DNA of 62,861 nucleotides, filler included, from Bigelowiella natans CCMP2755 (taxonomy: Eukaryota; Protista; Cercozoa), in assembly GCA_000320545.1 (NCBI GenBank). It is 8 parts of 8 records of this genome, joined end to end, with 100 filler letters (N's around TTAATTAATTAA, not from the genome) between each part and the next. Parts side by side here need not be neighbours in the genome. Positions count along the whole stretch, not along the records: positions 15,854 to 43,143 come from ADNK01001353.1; positions 43,244 to 48,412 come from ADNK01002526.1; positions 48,513 to 50,432 come from ADNK01003687.1; positions 50,533 to 56,259 come from ADNK01001062.1; 4 more parts are not named here. One strand, written 5' to 3'. The notes under the pieces were generated by a model, which saw only the letters and a list, made by a program, of their open reading frames with translations, searched no databases and was not told where the DNA came from. Position numbers and translations under genes: made by a program. Shown here piece by piece: positions 40,005 to 52,581 of this stretch (positions are counted from its first letter, which is position 1; each line of letters begins with the position of its first letter).

Positions 40005-40606
40005 CGACGCTCTCGTAGTCCGTTGCCAAAAACGTTCTCCATGAACATTGTCTCACGACATAGAAGCAAATTCTGACCCAACATGATGTGATCATATCTC
40101 GTGATTGAATTTCCTGTTCCACAGCGTAGCAGTGGGATCAAAACTAGCTTGCGAGAGATTTCTCAAAGAATAAGAACCGATTGCAACAGCCCAGGGTGCA
40201 TTGCATGTCACTTTCAACCAAGCAAAATTGATCTAGCAACATTGATGCCGAGAAACATGTCTTGAAGTACAGTCTAGCACTGCGAGACTGTGAAACGATT
40301 TTCATGAGCGTTCAATGCTGTTGAAGCTAGCTAGCGTGGTGCAAATGATGCTAGAATGGTGCTAGCAGCTAGAACAAACTGCGTGTGCGCATCCACATTA
40401 TTGTTCAAGGCAACCTAGCAACGAGTACATTTGAAGCCAAAGCTCGGTCAGCAACGACATCACAGTGGTGTGATGGCTACTACTCTAGCTAGCTAGCACT
40501 GTGTGCGCGACGAAGTCATGGTGGCGGTGAATGTAGCCTTCGTGGCTCTGTGCGTGCACCCTGTCTAGAACATGTGTTCATTGGGTAGTTCGTGTGCAGT
40601 TGAGAA

Positions 40607-40780
40607 GTGAGAGCCTACACATGTGTAATTGTACATGTTGGGGCTCTCTCGTACAAAGTTCTCTAAGACACATGTGGTTAACTACATGTGTCCGTTAACT
40701 ACTCATGTTTGCATACCGTTTGTGTACCGGTTGTACGTGAGAGCCTACACACACACAATTACACACATCAGGGCTCTCTC
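40607..40780. repeat. Pair of 44-bp direct repeats (each an imperfect hairpin) flanking a 26-bp near-palindrome
   Basis: 40607-40650 and 40737-40780 share gtgagagcc...gggctctctc. Near-palindrome gacacatgtggttaactacatgtgtc at 40667-40692. Confidence 0.85.
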
Positions 40781-41254
40781 AGAACATGTGCGCATGCTCT
40801 AGCACATGCATGCTGTGTGCAGCACCGTGCACATGCATTTGTGATCATGTGCATGTGTGTCACAACCGGTGCATGTGTGTTGGATCATGTGCACTACAAA
40901 CACTAGAGCATGTGTGCTGATTTGGCACACGTGTGGGTGCTTGCGCAGGATCGAAAAACGCACGCTGCACGTGCACGATGGTTGGATTCACGTTGTTCTC
41001 ACGCCAGCACGCCAGCACGCTAGCAGCACGGGCAAGCTAGCAAGCTGCCATTGGTGGGTGACTTGAGAAACGTGTTTGATGAACCAGAGAGTGCAATGGT
41101 GCATGCATGCACTTTGATGGTCAACGTGAAAAGAACACTTGACAAATCAGATGGGGCACGTTTTCATTGCTGTGTGCCTTTCGCACCTGGTTGCAGGAGC
41201 GTTGGCCATGGGAACACGTAGGGAAACGGGAAGGGAACACAGGAGCAACGGATG

Positions 41255-41584
41255 ATGAACAATGGAAAAAGCATTGATGCAAACTGCATGAGCAAGAACC
41301 ACATGGGAGAGGTGCACAAACACGCGGCAGCGCCTCAATGAAACAATGAAACAATGAAACAATGATGAAAAACTACATTTCCAAAGTGTTGCAAGACACT
41401 TGCAGTGTGCAAAATGCAGTGCCTCGAACTGATTTCAGTGAGGACTGTGACTAGCAGATCAACTAGCTGGTTTGCCAAAATGGCATGACTTGGTCATTGA
41501 GAAGCAATGACACTGGTGGCAAAATTCTGACGGCGCAAGACGTCCACTCTGAGCAAAAACTAAACAAAAATCATTGCGAGGACT
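41255..41584 (+). repeat. Dispersed repeat, copy A (copy B at 54295-54406)
   Basis: Shared blocks gcattgatgcaaact...tgagcaagaaccacatgggaga..tgcacaaacacg...cagcgcctcaa and an identical 22-mer aacaaaaatcattgcgaggact. Confidence 0.85.
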
Positions 41585-42340
41585 CCTGAGCGAAGAAGAA
41601 CAGGGAAGGTGTTCGAACTTGAAATTGGCCAGAGTGAAACGGCATCACCCATCGTTCTCTCCGAACACAGGCGATCTCATCTCTACGACAACCTAGAGAC
41701 AAAAATTTCCCGACACAGGTTTGTCAGGAAACTTTTGTAACGTTTGTAAAGCTGTGCGGAATCACAGCAAAAGCCGTGTTGAGAATCTAGGAAATCTCCT
41801 GGTTTTGTGTGTAAAAACTCCGACCAAAAAGCCATTTTCTGTGAAAATGGGTGAAATCCTGAAATAGGGCGACATGAAGAAAAACATTCACCATCGTTTT
41901 GGACGATAGACCTTAGACTGGGTATTTCTAAGTTCAGAAATGATAGAATCTCGCTTCATTGTTCATTGTTCATTGCTACATAATTTCACGATGGAACAGA
42001 GATCAAAACGTGTCTTTCTGCTAGCTTTGGTGCAGCATTTCGTTGGCTGTCGGTACGGATAATCACCATTGTTTCGGCCGTAAACAATCACCTAGCATTA
42101 AAAGTACAAATGCACCGAACACAATCACCAGCAAAACATCCAAAGAGGAAAAGCTAGAGACACGACCACATTGTGGACCAGCATTGTCACTTTCAAACCT
42201 GAGATGTGACAGGTCCCCAAGTCATTGCCCAGTGTGATTTCACTCTAACATGATGAAATGACAAACAAAACACACTTCGGGCAAACTCTCCAGTAAAACA
42301 CCAACCAACACACGCAGGCACACACGTACGCAAATTGGGG

Positions 42341-42371
<31 letters not shown>

Positions 42372-42984
42372 GGGTGACAGAGAGGTCCTCTTCTCTCTTG
42401 TGAAGACATGATCGAAAGCAGACCTTTGATTTTTGCTGTTTTTTTTACATTTCGGCGTGGCAATGTGGCACATCCTTTGCAGACACGGCAACGCCACCGC
42501 GCCTGGCGTGGATGGGTCGTCGTACGTCTAGCAGGTACGTGGCAACAGAAATGGGTTGTAGTCCTAGAGAACGGATGGTGTGCACTCCAAACTGTCGTTT
42601 CCAAGCTTCATGTGTGAGGGGGCTAAGTCTGCTACATTTATTTTTTTGCGTGTAGTGCTTATCTCCGGCAAATGATGCGCATGACAGGCATCACTCACAA
42701 GACGCAAGCTAGCAAGCTAGCAAGCTAGCAAGTGTCGTAGCTAGAGTAGCCGCAGCTTACGTCACACATAGCAATGAACAAACTGCTCTGTGTACTTGCG
42801 CACATTGGGATGACCATGGAAAGAATTTGATCGTTTCATTGAATCCATGTAGCTAGATAGCTAGACAGCATGCTAGCATGCACACGCATCGTATACACAC
42901 ATCCATGTGCACGTGTGAGAAAGTTGTTATAAATGTGTTAAATTTTTTCAATTGTCATCCGTAAATGCACTTTGCTACTGCAGC

Positions 42985-43083
42985 CGTTGCTGTTGCTGTT
43001 GCTGTTGTTGTTGTTGTTGTTGTTGCTGTTGTTGTTGCTGTTGTTGTTGTTGTTGCTGTTGTTGTTGTTGTTGTTGTTGTTGC

Positions 43084-43114
<31 letters not shown>

Positions 43115-43128
43115 GCTGTTGCTGTTGC
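42985..43128 (+). repeat. (GTT/GCT)n trinucleotide microsatellite
   Basis: Direct reading; runs up to an assembly gap. Confidence 0.95.
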
Positions 43129-43589
43129 GTTGACCTTTTCGAANNNNNNNNNNNNNNNNNNNNNNNNNNNNNNNNNNNNNNNNNNNNTTAATTAATTAAN
43201 NNNNNNNNNNNNNNNNNNNNNNNNNNNNNNNNNNNNNNNNNNNAAATCAGAAAATTGTTTCGAATGTTGAACGACTGAGCGCGGAGAACCCACCGCCAAT
43301 GGTTTGGGGCTGCTTCCGGGTAGCTAATAAGCAAACAAAGGCACCCCAACGGAATGCCCACATTGATAAAGAACTTTTGAAGGAGGTTAACGCGCTAATT
43401 TCCAAGAATTATAATACATTTGATAATTATGGTTGCTTTTTTTCTTTTTTGGGGTTGGGTGATGAGGGATTGGGGGGGGGGGGGGGGACAAGCTCCAAAC
43501 TCTTGAAACAGCAAGGAAAAGAGGCGAGCGGGGGAAAACAAGAAGGCGAGCGGAATACAGAGAGGCGTGTGAATTAAGCGGGGGCTGCA

Positions 43590-44690
43590 AGCAATACGAC
43601 CCTCGCATCCTACGAGGAGAGAGTTCCGCGCAGAATATCGGGCAAATGACGAGTCCCATTCCAACAGCAATGCCTGTTATACATCTGAGAGAGAGGAAGG
43701 GGAGTGGGGGGGGGGAGGCGGCGATGATGATTAGCATCATCATCACACGAAAAAGGGACAAAGGAAAGAGGGTGGAATCGGCAAACGCCTTCTGCACGCA
43801 TGCACCTCCATGTGAGCAGCTCTTCAAACGAATCGGAACAGGCCATGCCGATGGACCCTCCCCCGAAGATCAGAGAGGCGATTAGGAGGCCTTTCCGTCT
43901 TCCGATCTGGGTTATATCATTATCGTCATTATTATTGTTATTGTTAGCATTATTAGTATTTTGATTTAACGTGGAACGAGAGGAGGTGTCGGTGGAGATG
44001 TTGGCGAAAGTGACGGCGGGGATTGTGTTGTTGCTCGTTCGCGAAGAATCGGTGATCTTCCTTTCACGTCTCTCGCATCGTTGTCATGGCTATCAGCGTC
44101 TAATACTAACTCCCAATGCTCTGCCGTCGTACTAAGAAAGACTCACGTATCCTACCATATCAGCTACTGCCCCCGCAATGATCGACCCAATCACCGACGT
44201 GAAGAGGAGAGAGGAAGTCATTATCTCTATTTGCGTATGGCTTAGCCCTAACTGGTCGCGGATGGGTATGATAGCGCCGGAGATGATCCCGATATCGTAT
44301 CTGGAGTTGTGTTGCATCATCATCATCACCATCATCATCATCGTATACGAGCGAGCAATGAGTGCATACGGTGTGCGTTCGGGGCGCACTTCCATTGTGC
44401 GCTAATGTTTTGATGAAAACATCGTTTTCGAGACTCGGTGAGACCATAGTAGCAGCAGCAGCAGCTACAACAACAATAACAACAACATCATCAGCATCGT
44501 CTCTTCCCCACCCTAAGAGAAGAGATCCCAGCGCTGCCGTCATTATGCATCTATACAAGAAGGAGCTCCGGATTTTGAAGGTCAGCAGCACCTGCCCAAA
44601 TCATCGCTTTCTTCAACACAACAATCCACACAGAACTACACTCCAAGATCGTCACCTGCTCATCTCCACCCACTCCCAGGTCAACGCCAT
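43590..44690 (-). CDS. MFS sugar (polyol/inositol-type) transporter, 5' part; remainder lost at the gap
   Basis: Exons AALGSLLLG|YDIGIISGA, GSIIAGAVADMVG, RKGLLIASLIFGGGSIGMA and R|CITGIAVGMGLVICPIFCAELSPRRMRG are sugar-porter signatures. Confidence 0.88.
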
Positions 44691-45681
44691 CGTCGTTCCC
44701 GACCTGGGTTGTTACGTTGGTTAAATTCTAGGGTTAGATTTGTACAGTGTGAGCTCAAATCGTTCGGCTTGCAACCTCGACGTTGTCAATGTCCCTTCTC
44801 TTGTCATCCTGGTCGAGCAACGCCGCTGTGTCTGTTGCGAACACGAAAACACAAACGTTTTATCACCATGCTTGCGTTTTAAGCAATTCCCGCATGGAAA
44901 ACGAGCGGATGGCACGAAATCAGACAAATATCTCTCAGATGATGCATCTCCTCTGCGTTGGCCAGAAGGCTCGAGAACGGAGTGCAAAAACTGATCGATG
45001 CAAAAAGTCCTAGATCGAGAGCGACCAGACGCCATGATTTTTCGTTCCAAGTTCGTTATCGGTTGAGGGTCATTTGTAGATGAACGACAATGAAAATTGC
45101 ATCAATAGTAACGAAATAACAGGCGATTTGTCACCATATATAGATACGTAATGCGCATTGTGTGCATCTGCAGTGAACTCCTAAATTTTTGTCCTACGAC
45201 ATGGATCTCGGATGTCGTAGATAGAGTGCATTCCATCAGATTTGCGAGTTTCATCTGCGACGATGGAAATGCCGCGTTGCAACTCTGAAATCCCCTCAAT
45301 TTCTGCTTGGCAGGGTTCGGCCGAAAGCGAAGCTGACGAGCACATGTTGGTGCATGCGCGTGTGATGCCGAGCTATGTCAGAGTGACTGCACACCCTATG
45401 ATGGCTTTTGGGCGATTTTTGGATGCCACATGTCCCAATGAAACCTCAATCTGGCTAGCTTGGGTGTGCTAGTGTGGCCCTGCTAGCCTGCTCTAGTGCC
45501 AACCTACTTGTTTGTTCACAAGTCTTGTTTGGCTAGCTAGCTAGCTAGCTGTCAGTGCTGGAGTGTGCGTGTTCTTCTAGTCTTGCCTAGTTGCGTTGCT
45601 TGCTCCACTCTGCAAATGCAAACGTGTAGGTGCAGAGTCAAAAGCAAAATGCTTAGTGGCTCACATTGAATTCGGTGGCCA

Positions 45682-46007
45682 TGTAGCGCGTACCACTACG
45701 CGGGCACAAGTCACGTGCGACAACAAAGGGGTTGTCGCGGATATAGAATATAGATAACGTAGATATTAATACAGCATAGGCACGTGGGTTCCGGCGGGAC
45801 TCATGGCAGCACACCGGAAGTGTGCTGCCCCACGTGCGGCGGCATTCGCGAAAGCTTCGCGAATGATTACGCAGTGCACGATTTAATAAAAATATAATCT
45901 TTAATAAAAATAAACACAACTCTTCAAAAGGAAGCAAACGTGCCTTTCCCCCCCCCTGCCTACTTGTGCACGTAGCGCCTCGGCCTGTGAACACCTTACG
46001 CGCAACA
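45682..46007 (+). mobile_element. 5' LTR of an LTR retrotransposon
   Basis: TG...CA ends with a 10/11 terminal inverted match (TGTAGCGCGTA...TACGCGCAACA). AATAAA signals at about 45885-45915. Immediately followed by a PBS and the gag ATG. Confidence 0.8.
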
Positions 46008-46012
46008 ACCTT

Positions 46013-46030
46013 TGGCTTCCACACACGGGA
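46013..46030 (+). promoter_or_regulatory. Primer-binding site (tRNA 3' complement)
   Basis: TGGCTTCCACACACGGGA is the complement of ...UCCCGUGUGUGGAAGCCA-3', a tRNA-like 3' end with CCA (Glu/Asp-like; identity not established). Confidence 0.7.
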
Positions 46031-46046
46031 AACGATTTGACTAACA

Positions 46047-48371
46047 ATGTCACAGCAGCTAGAAGAACAGCAGGACTTTGGCTCGCAGGCCGTGCAAGGG
46101 CACGAGCAGAAACAGGAAAGGAAGGGCGATACGGACGCTAAGGAAGGAGGAGGAACACCTCCACAGGCACCGCCGGGACCAGCACCCGGGATTAAGAAAG
46201 CAGATGCAGCAGCAGAGGCACTGGAGAACTTCTACGAGGCGGACGACGAGGACGTGGCCGCCGAAAGCAAGAAGGTCGTAATGGCATTACGAGCCTTGCG
46301 ACCCAGGGCGAGCAACTACGCCAAACTGAAAGTATCGATAGAATACAAGTATCAGACACATGATGTTTGGGCAGCTATCATGCAGGACATCATGGATTAC
46401 GAAGCAGACTTACCTCCAGAGTGGGCAGCTTTGTTTAGGAACGACGGGGGTCTGGGCGCCTCGCGGGGGACGACCCAGAGCACCGTCAAGCAGCAGCAGC
46501 CGGTACAGCGGAACACCCAGTTCATGTCTGTTAAAACAGCACCGGTTATGATAACGAAATACAACGGGAAAAGAGGTGAGGCAAGGAGGTGGTGGAAGAA
46601 CGCTAGGAGTATACTCTGCGACTTTACCCCTAACCCCACCGAAAACGACAAGCTCAAATGGCTAGCTATAATAAAGCAAGCCATGGACCTTTACGAGACA
46701 GGCAGGACCCGGATCAGGCAGCTAGAGAAAATACACACTACAGTTAGTGGGCTACGAGACGTTGAGGCGATAATGAAGGCTTTTGTAAATGAACAGGATG
46801 CTAACTCCCTACCCCAGGCTATTAGAAAATACAGAGCAATGATGCAGCATGAGAGAGAACCTGTTAGAGACTTTGCCACGCGCTTCCAGGATATGATCGA
46901 CGAACTACATGATTTTAATTACAACACAGGTGATGATCAGGCAAGGTTTGAAGAGTTCAAGTTAAAGATAAAGGAATCCACTTACGTTACGGAGAAAGGC
47001 TACACCACGATGGAGGCAGCAGTGCAGGCTATATCCCTACGCGAGCAGGAGCAGGACCGCAAGTTTACCAGCCCTAAGGTACCTGGCATAGGAAACATTA
47101 ACGCTATTAAGCCGCAGCGAGACTGGTACAAGGACAGGGAAGGTAACCGACGTTGCGGATACTGCTCACGTAAAGGGAAACACACCGCTAAAGACTGCAG
47201 AGACAGGAAAGAAGGACGACCCAGGATGATGATCAGGCAGCTCAACGAACACTACGAGAAGTTAAAGAGAAAGAAAGGCAGAGGACAAGGATATAACAAC
47301 AGCAAATGGCAAGGCAGCAACAACGGGAAGAACAATAAATATAAGAACAAAAAGCAGAACAGTATCAATGCTATACAGCAGCAGATAAACGGAATATTAG
47401 ATCACCTTAAGCAGGCGCCGACGAAGACAGCAGTACCAGCAACGCAGGACCAAGACAAGCCCATGACCCTAGACGACATAAAGAACTTAGGAGTATGCAA
47501 CATTAATGACGAAGACGCTAACAGGACTATCAAAGTTGCTATGACCAAGGTTAAAGTTAAAGACAGCTACGGAGACTACAAGAAACTACCTGCCCTTTGG
47601 GATAGTGGCAGCATGCCGAAGTCCTTCATAAGCCTAAGCACAGTAAGAAGGTTAGGACTATTGGATCAAGTGACTAAGAAAGAACGTAAATATGCTCAAG
47701 CAGACGGAAGCTCTTCCATGAAGACCGTCGGTGAGCTAATGCTAAAGCTACAGATACCTGGCAGCGACGCGGAGACCCAAATCAAGACCCGAGTAGCCAT
47801 GACTTTATCCATGGAACTACTCCTCGGACAGGATGCCCTAGAAAAATTAGGGGGGATCATATCATTCTACAATCACAAGATATACTTTGCTAAGTTGCCA
47901 AAGAAGTCAGGCAGGACCATCAGCCAGAACATGATACGGCTTGACGAGTGGACCTCTGAGTCAAGCGTTAATGCGTTAGAGTTTATGGACCTAGCGGACA
48001 ACAAGCTACCTACACCTACCGAGCTACGGAAGAAGAACCCCGGCAAGACCATCCGACAGATAACGGAGCTACTGGACAAGACCCCCCCAGCTGATGATTG
48101 GGATATCGACAAAGGCAAAAAGTACATTAATAAAATATTAAACGAGAAGTACTCTGACATCACCAAGCCGACGACGAAGCCCTCCAGCAAGCTTACCCCA
48201 GTAAAGATCGAGCTAAAGAAGGGATACGAAGAGTGCATCATCAATGACCCAGAACATAGGCGACCGGAAGCGGACTGGGAAAAGATAGAGTGGCAGATCA
48301 ATGAATGGGCAAAGGAAGGGAAGATAGAGCCAAGCAACTCACCATGGAACGTGATTACATGTGCTAGCTAA
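46047..48371 (+). mobile_element. Ty3/gypsy-like Gag-protease(-RT start) polyprotein, truncated
   Basis: 774-aa single ORF containing a Gag major-homology-like QHEREPVRDFATRF, zinc knuckle CGYCSRKGKHTAKDC, aspartic protease ALWDSGS...LLLGQDAL and RT lead-in GKIEPSNSPWN, followed by an abrupt junction. RT directly after PR is gypsy order. Confidence 0.9.
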
Positions 48372-49200
48372 GAAACGCAATATTACAAATAGTGTCGTTG
48401 AAAATGACCTAANNNNNNNNNNNNNNNNNNNNNNNNNNNNNNNNNNNNNNNNNNNNTTAATTAATTAANNNNNNNNNNNNNNNNNNNNNNNNNNNNNNNN
48501 NNNNNNNNNNNNGTGAGGACTGATCCTGGATGCTGGAGCCTCCCGAACAATGAACATACGAACGAATGAAGCAATTCTGATGATGATGGAGCTGAGAGGA
48601 TCACGTTTCATGCAGCACTCACCTTCCGTTTTCAGTGAGTAAGAACTGTTCACTGGAAGCCTCCTGAATCGAACAGCGATGGAACGCAACAAACGAGTGA
48701 ATCGTTCTGATGGTGGAGCTGAGAGCCTGGATCGTTGGACTCGCAGCAGCCAAGCTGGCAGGCGGATGTGTGCAACCTTGCACTTATGGACTTCCTGTCA
48801 ATCAAAAAGAGCACCAAACATCTAGCTGTGTGTGCGATGCGATGTGATGCCGTCACCTGGTCACGCGCGCGCGCGCGCACACACACACACACATGCATGT
48901 GTACATACACCTCGGCCTCAGCTGTCCGTGGCCAACCACGTGGAGCCAAGTTCACACAGATAGACAGCTCACACACACACACACTCACACACGCACACAC
49001 ACACGCACACGCACACGCACACGCACACACACACGCACACACGCACACACGCACACACGCACACGCACACACCTTTTCCTGCCCTTGCTCTTTTTACTGG
49101 AGGCTTTTACATCCTCCCCCTCTTCGCCGGCCCCGTCGGAGTCCTTTTTAGCCTTTTTGCGCGTTCGGAACTAGCATACCAATCAGGGGGGAGGGGAGCG

Positions 49201-49239
<39 letters not shown>

Positions 49240-49339
49240 GGGAGATAGCGGTTAGTGAAACAGATTTATAATTATAATTATAATTATATATATATATATA
49301 CGTGTGTGTGAATGTGTGAATGCGTACAGATATGAATTT

Positions 49340-49391
<52 letters not shown>

Positions 49392-50532
49392 CAGTAGTCT
49401 TGAGCAAGGTAGAAAGGAGCGACTTCCGCACCTTCCAGTGAGAGGCCGTTTGAATGACAGAGAGGCCCGCCCAGTTCTTCAACTTTCTCGCAGAATTTGA
49501 GGGCAGCATTGCCTCGCCAACGGGCACGGTGCTACTAGCAGTAGCCGATGTATGCAAACCAGGCCCATCAGTGGTAGATGAGCTGTGTGCTCCTGAGGAG
49601 GAGGAGTCTCCAGCCATCCTGTGTAATAAATGGAGGTGGGGGGGGGGGGGGGAGGGGTGTTGAGGCGGATTAGTCGCTGGATGTGGTATGAGCGTGTTGT
49701 GGCGCACTGCGGCCATTCAAAAAGCTACTAGGCGGAAAGAGAGCGAGGCGTTGGAGCATTTTATCGATTCTCCTTAAGAGCGTGAGATTAGCAGCCCGTG
49801 AATGTTCTTCACACTTCCAGAAGAGTCGAAAGATTCCTCTCTCCCTCTCTCTCTTGGAAATCATCGTCATCATCATCATTATGCAACTCGTATATCATAA
49901 CCAGCTCCTCCTCCTCCTCCTCCTCCTCCTCCTCCTCCTACTACTAGCATAGAATAGGTGGCCACGCACCCAACAAGAGCATCGACTTCATCCTGCACTC
50001 CGACGCCGTCATCAGCCATGCCATAATCGTCAGCATCATCGTACTCATAGTCGCCGCCATCAGCATCAGAATCATCATCAGCTCCATCCTCGCCTCGGCG
50101 CCTCTTTGCATCACCAACGCCGTATTTTCCATCTTCCTCGGCGTCCAACCCTCGCTGCTCCTGCATGCTCAGAAGCTCCTCAAGGCCTGATTAGCATCAC
50201 CGTCATTATTCCGCAAGGGAGAAGAATGGGGGGGTGGGGGGGGGGAGTGGGTAAGATCCCATGAGAGGAGGACACAAGGGGATGGAGAAAACAATTGTAG
50301 TAGTAGTAGTAGTAGTAGTAGTAGTTGTTGGAGTATATTCAGGAGAAAATGAGGTGGAATGAAATAATTCTACCCGGGCAGAGCAAAGGCGGGCGAACGG
50401 ACGACACCTCAGGCTGCTACCCCCAACCCCCTNNNNNNNNNNNNNNNNNNNNNNNNNNNNNNNNNNNNNNNNNNNNTTAATTAATTAANNNNNNNNNNNN
50501 NNNNNNNNNNNNNNNNNNNNNNNNNNNNNNNN

Positions 50533-51174
50533 CGTCTAGTAGCTGCAGAAAGTTCTTATTGCTAAAACAGAGGAGCAGCAGAAGGGGAGGGGGGGAGGGG
50601 GGGGGGGGGATGAAAGAGTGCAGTCAGGAAAGATGCAATTCTACAACGGAGGACCGGTTATCTACCTACTACTGCTAGATGTCATCGAAAGGGTGGTTCG
50701 TTGGTTGGTTTGTTGTGATTATTACGTGTCCTTCTTGTACTGGTTGTACTCTGGGAGGTGCCTTCCAGCTTGGCGGAATAGCCATACAGGAGTGCTGAAT
50801 CATTACAACAATCAGAGTAGGTCTAAAACGCGAAGGCGCATTGTCCAAAAATAGAGTTTATCCATTGCTACGGGGCGGCTGCTTACGTACGTGAGTGTGT
50901 GCTGTCAATACCATCGATAAACACGTGGAAAAGGTACAACGACAAAGTCATAGAAGAATTTTCATTATTTTTTGCACCAACCGCTCGGTCTTCTCCCCAC
51001 GGGCAGCTCTGAGAAGGAGATCGTGCTGAGGAGCCTGGAAAAGTATCATCGAGGAAATATTAGGTGTTCGAAATAACTGCTGCGAATGAAACATTCTATG
51101 TGCATGTATGTGAACTTCGTGCCGCATATTCTCTCATATCTTCCTTTACTCCTTTGAGCCAGAAAGGTTTATCT

Positions 51175-51212
<38 letters not shown>

Positions 51213-51646
51213 TAGTATATGAAGATAGTTATTACCTGAGCTAAAACAGATACGACGGCTCTTTTAGCAGATTCCATCTTGTTGCACCGGCTTGTGTGCG
51301 AAGATGATGATGATGACTGTCGCCTCTGCACGTATCCAGCATTAGGGATCATCGTCGTGAATGCGCTTCGTTGCGAGGAGCTAACAGAACCCATGCCTAT
51401 TTTTTTGGCATCGAAGATTAGAACACACACACATACATATAGACACAAACCAACACACGTTCATACGCCGAAGAATGGTTGTTGATGGGGAAGTTCCACA
51501 CCTCTTTCAAGAGCATCAAAATTCGTACTTCGACGAGATGTTGCTATGAGGACGCCACAAGCACTAAGTGCGGCAAGGCCAATTGCTAGTAAAGGGGCAG
51601 TGCGGCTACTGTGACGCCTCAGAGAACGATGGAGAAGCGGGTTCAT
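50533..51646 (-). CDS. hemE: Uroporphyrinogen decarboxylase, probably plastid-targeted; 5' part, runs into the gap
   Basis: Exons read manually: APQHDLLLRAARGEKTER|TPVWLFRQAGRHLPEYNQYKK|NKNFLQLLD (UROD signature P.W..RQAGR.LPEY). The leader MNPLL...LLAIGLAALSACGVLIAT is followed by a Ser/Arg-rich transit-like region. Confidence 0.88.
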
Positions 51647-52581
51647 GACTACTGGATCTGTCGTTGTGGAGGATAAGTCATGTGTGTGAGTTTAAGAGAT
51701 TATTATCACCAAAAATAACATCTATGATGAAGACAGAGGTGCGCAGGTCTAAACAGAATCTGTGGTTTCGAATCGATGGTCGACTCCTCCCCCAGCGGGA
51801 TTGACGCGTCGGGTAGGGTACATCCCGACAGGGAATGGAAACGATTCCCGTCTGGCCAACACACCCCCAGGGGTCGTGGCGACGGGTCAGAATCGTTGCG
51901 GAGTTCTATTTTCTCGTCACAAAAAAATGCCGCAGTGAAATCAGGAGGAATCGGGACAGGAGCGTGGTGTCAGGGGGGGAGACCGGGAGGCGAAACAAGA
52001 GATGAGGTAGTAGTATCACGAGGTCTTTCAGACCGGCGAACGAACAACGTGCACAAAATTCAGTATGAATCCCTCATATATGTACACAGCGACATCAATT
52101 TATCGTTGTCGCTTTGTTCCAATACAGAAAATATTAGGATTCATATCTCGTCCGATCACCCCACTGGCTTCCAAAGCAAAAAGGAATGGGCTTGTAAGGC
52201 TGCTTCAAGAGCGCGACAAACGGGATATCGTGTCGAAGACTTCTTACATATTACATAAGAGGACCGAAGAAATATTTCCACGAAAGTCCCGGGTTTGGGT
52301 TGATCTTAATGATTATGAAGGAATCCAGACTGCAACGACATGTGTTTTCTCGGATACTGCTGGTGTACAGAAGCGACCTTTTCTTTTCGGGAACACCAAA
52401 AAAATCGGGGGAAATCCGAAAACCATGAAATTCGAATATTCATAACGTGCTTTCAGGCTCGTCTGAAAGGGTGGGGATACTCGAGGATAGTCCCATTCAT
52501 TGAGGAATCATTCGCACTAAGTCTGTTTGTCTTTTATGTGTGTTATAGGATATTATGGTGCAACTATCACCTCTATGTGCG

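Noticed and set aside
40607-40780. CRISPR-like repeat-spacer array
   Set aside because: Only two diverged repeats, eukaryotic context, and no cas genes.
42952-43195. Poly-Cys/poly-Val ORFs
   Set aside because: (GTT)n microsatellite beside a gap; no support for coding.
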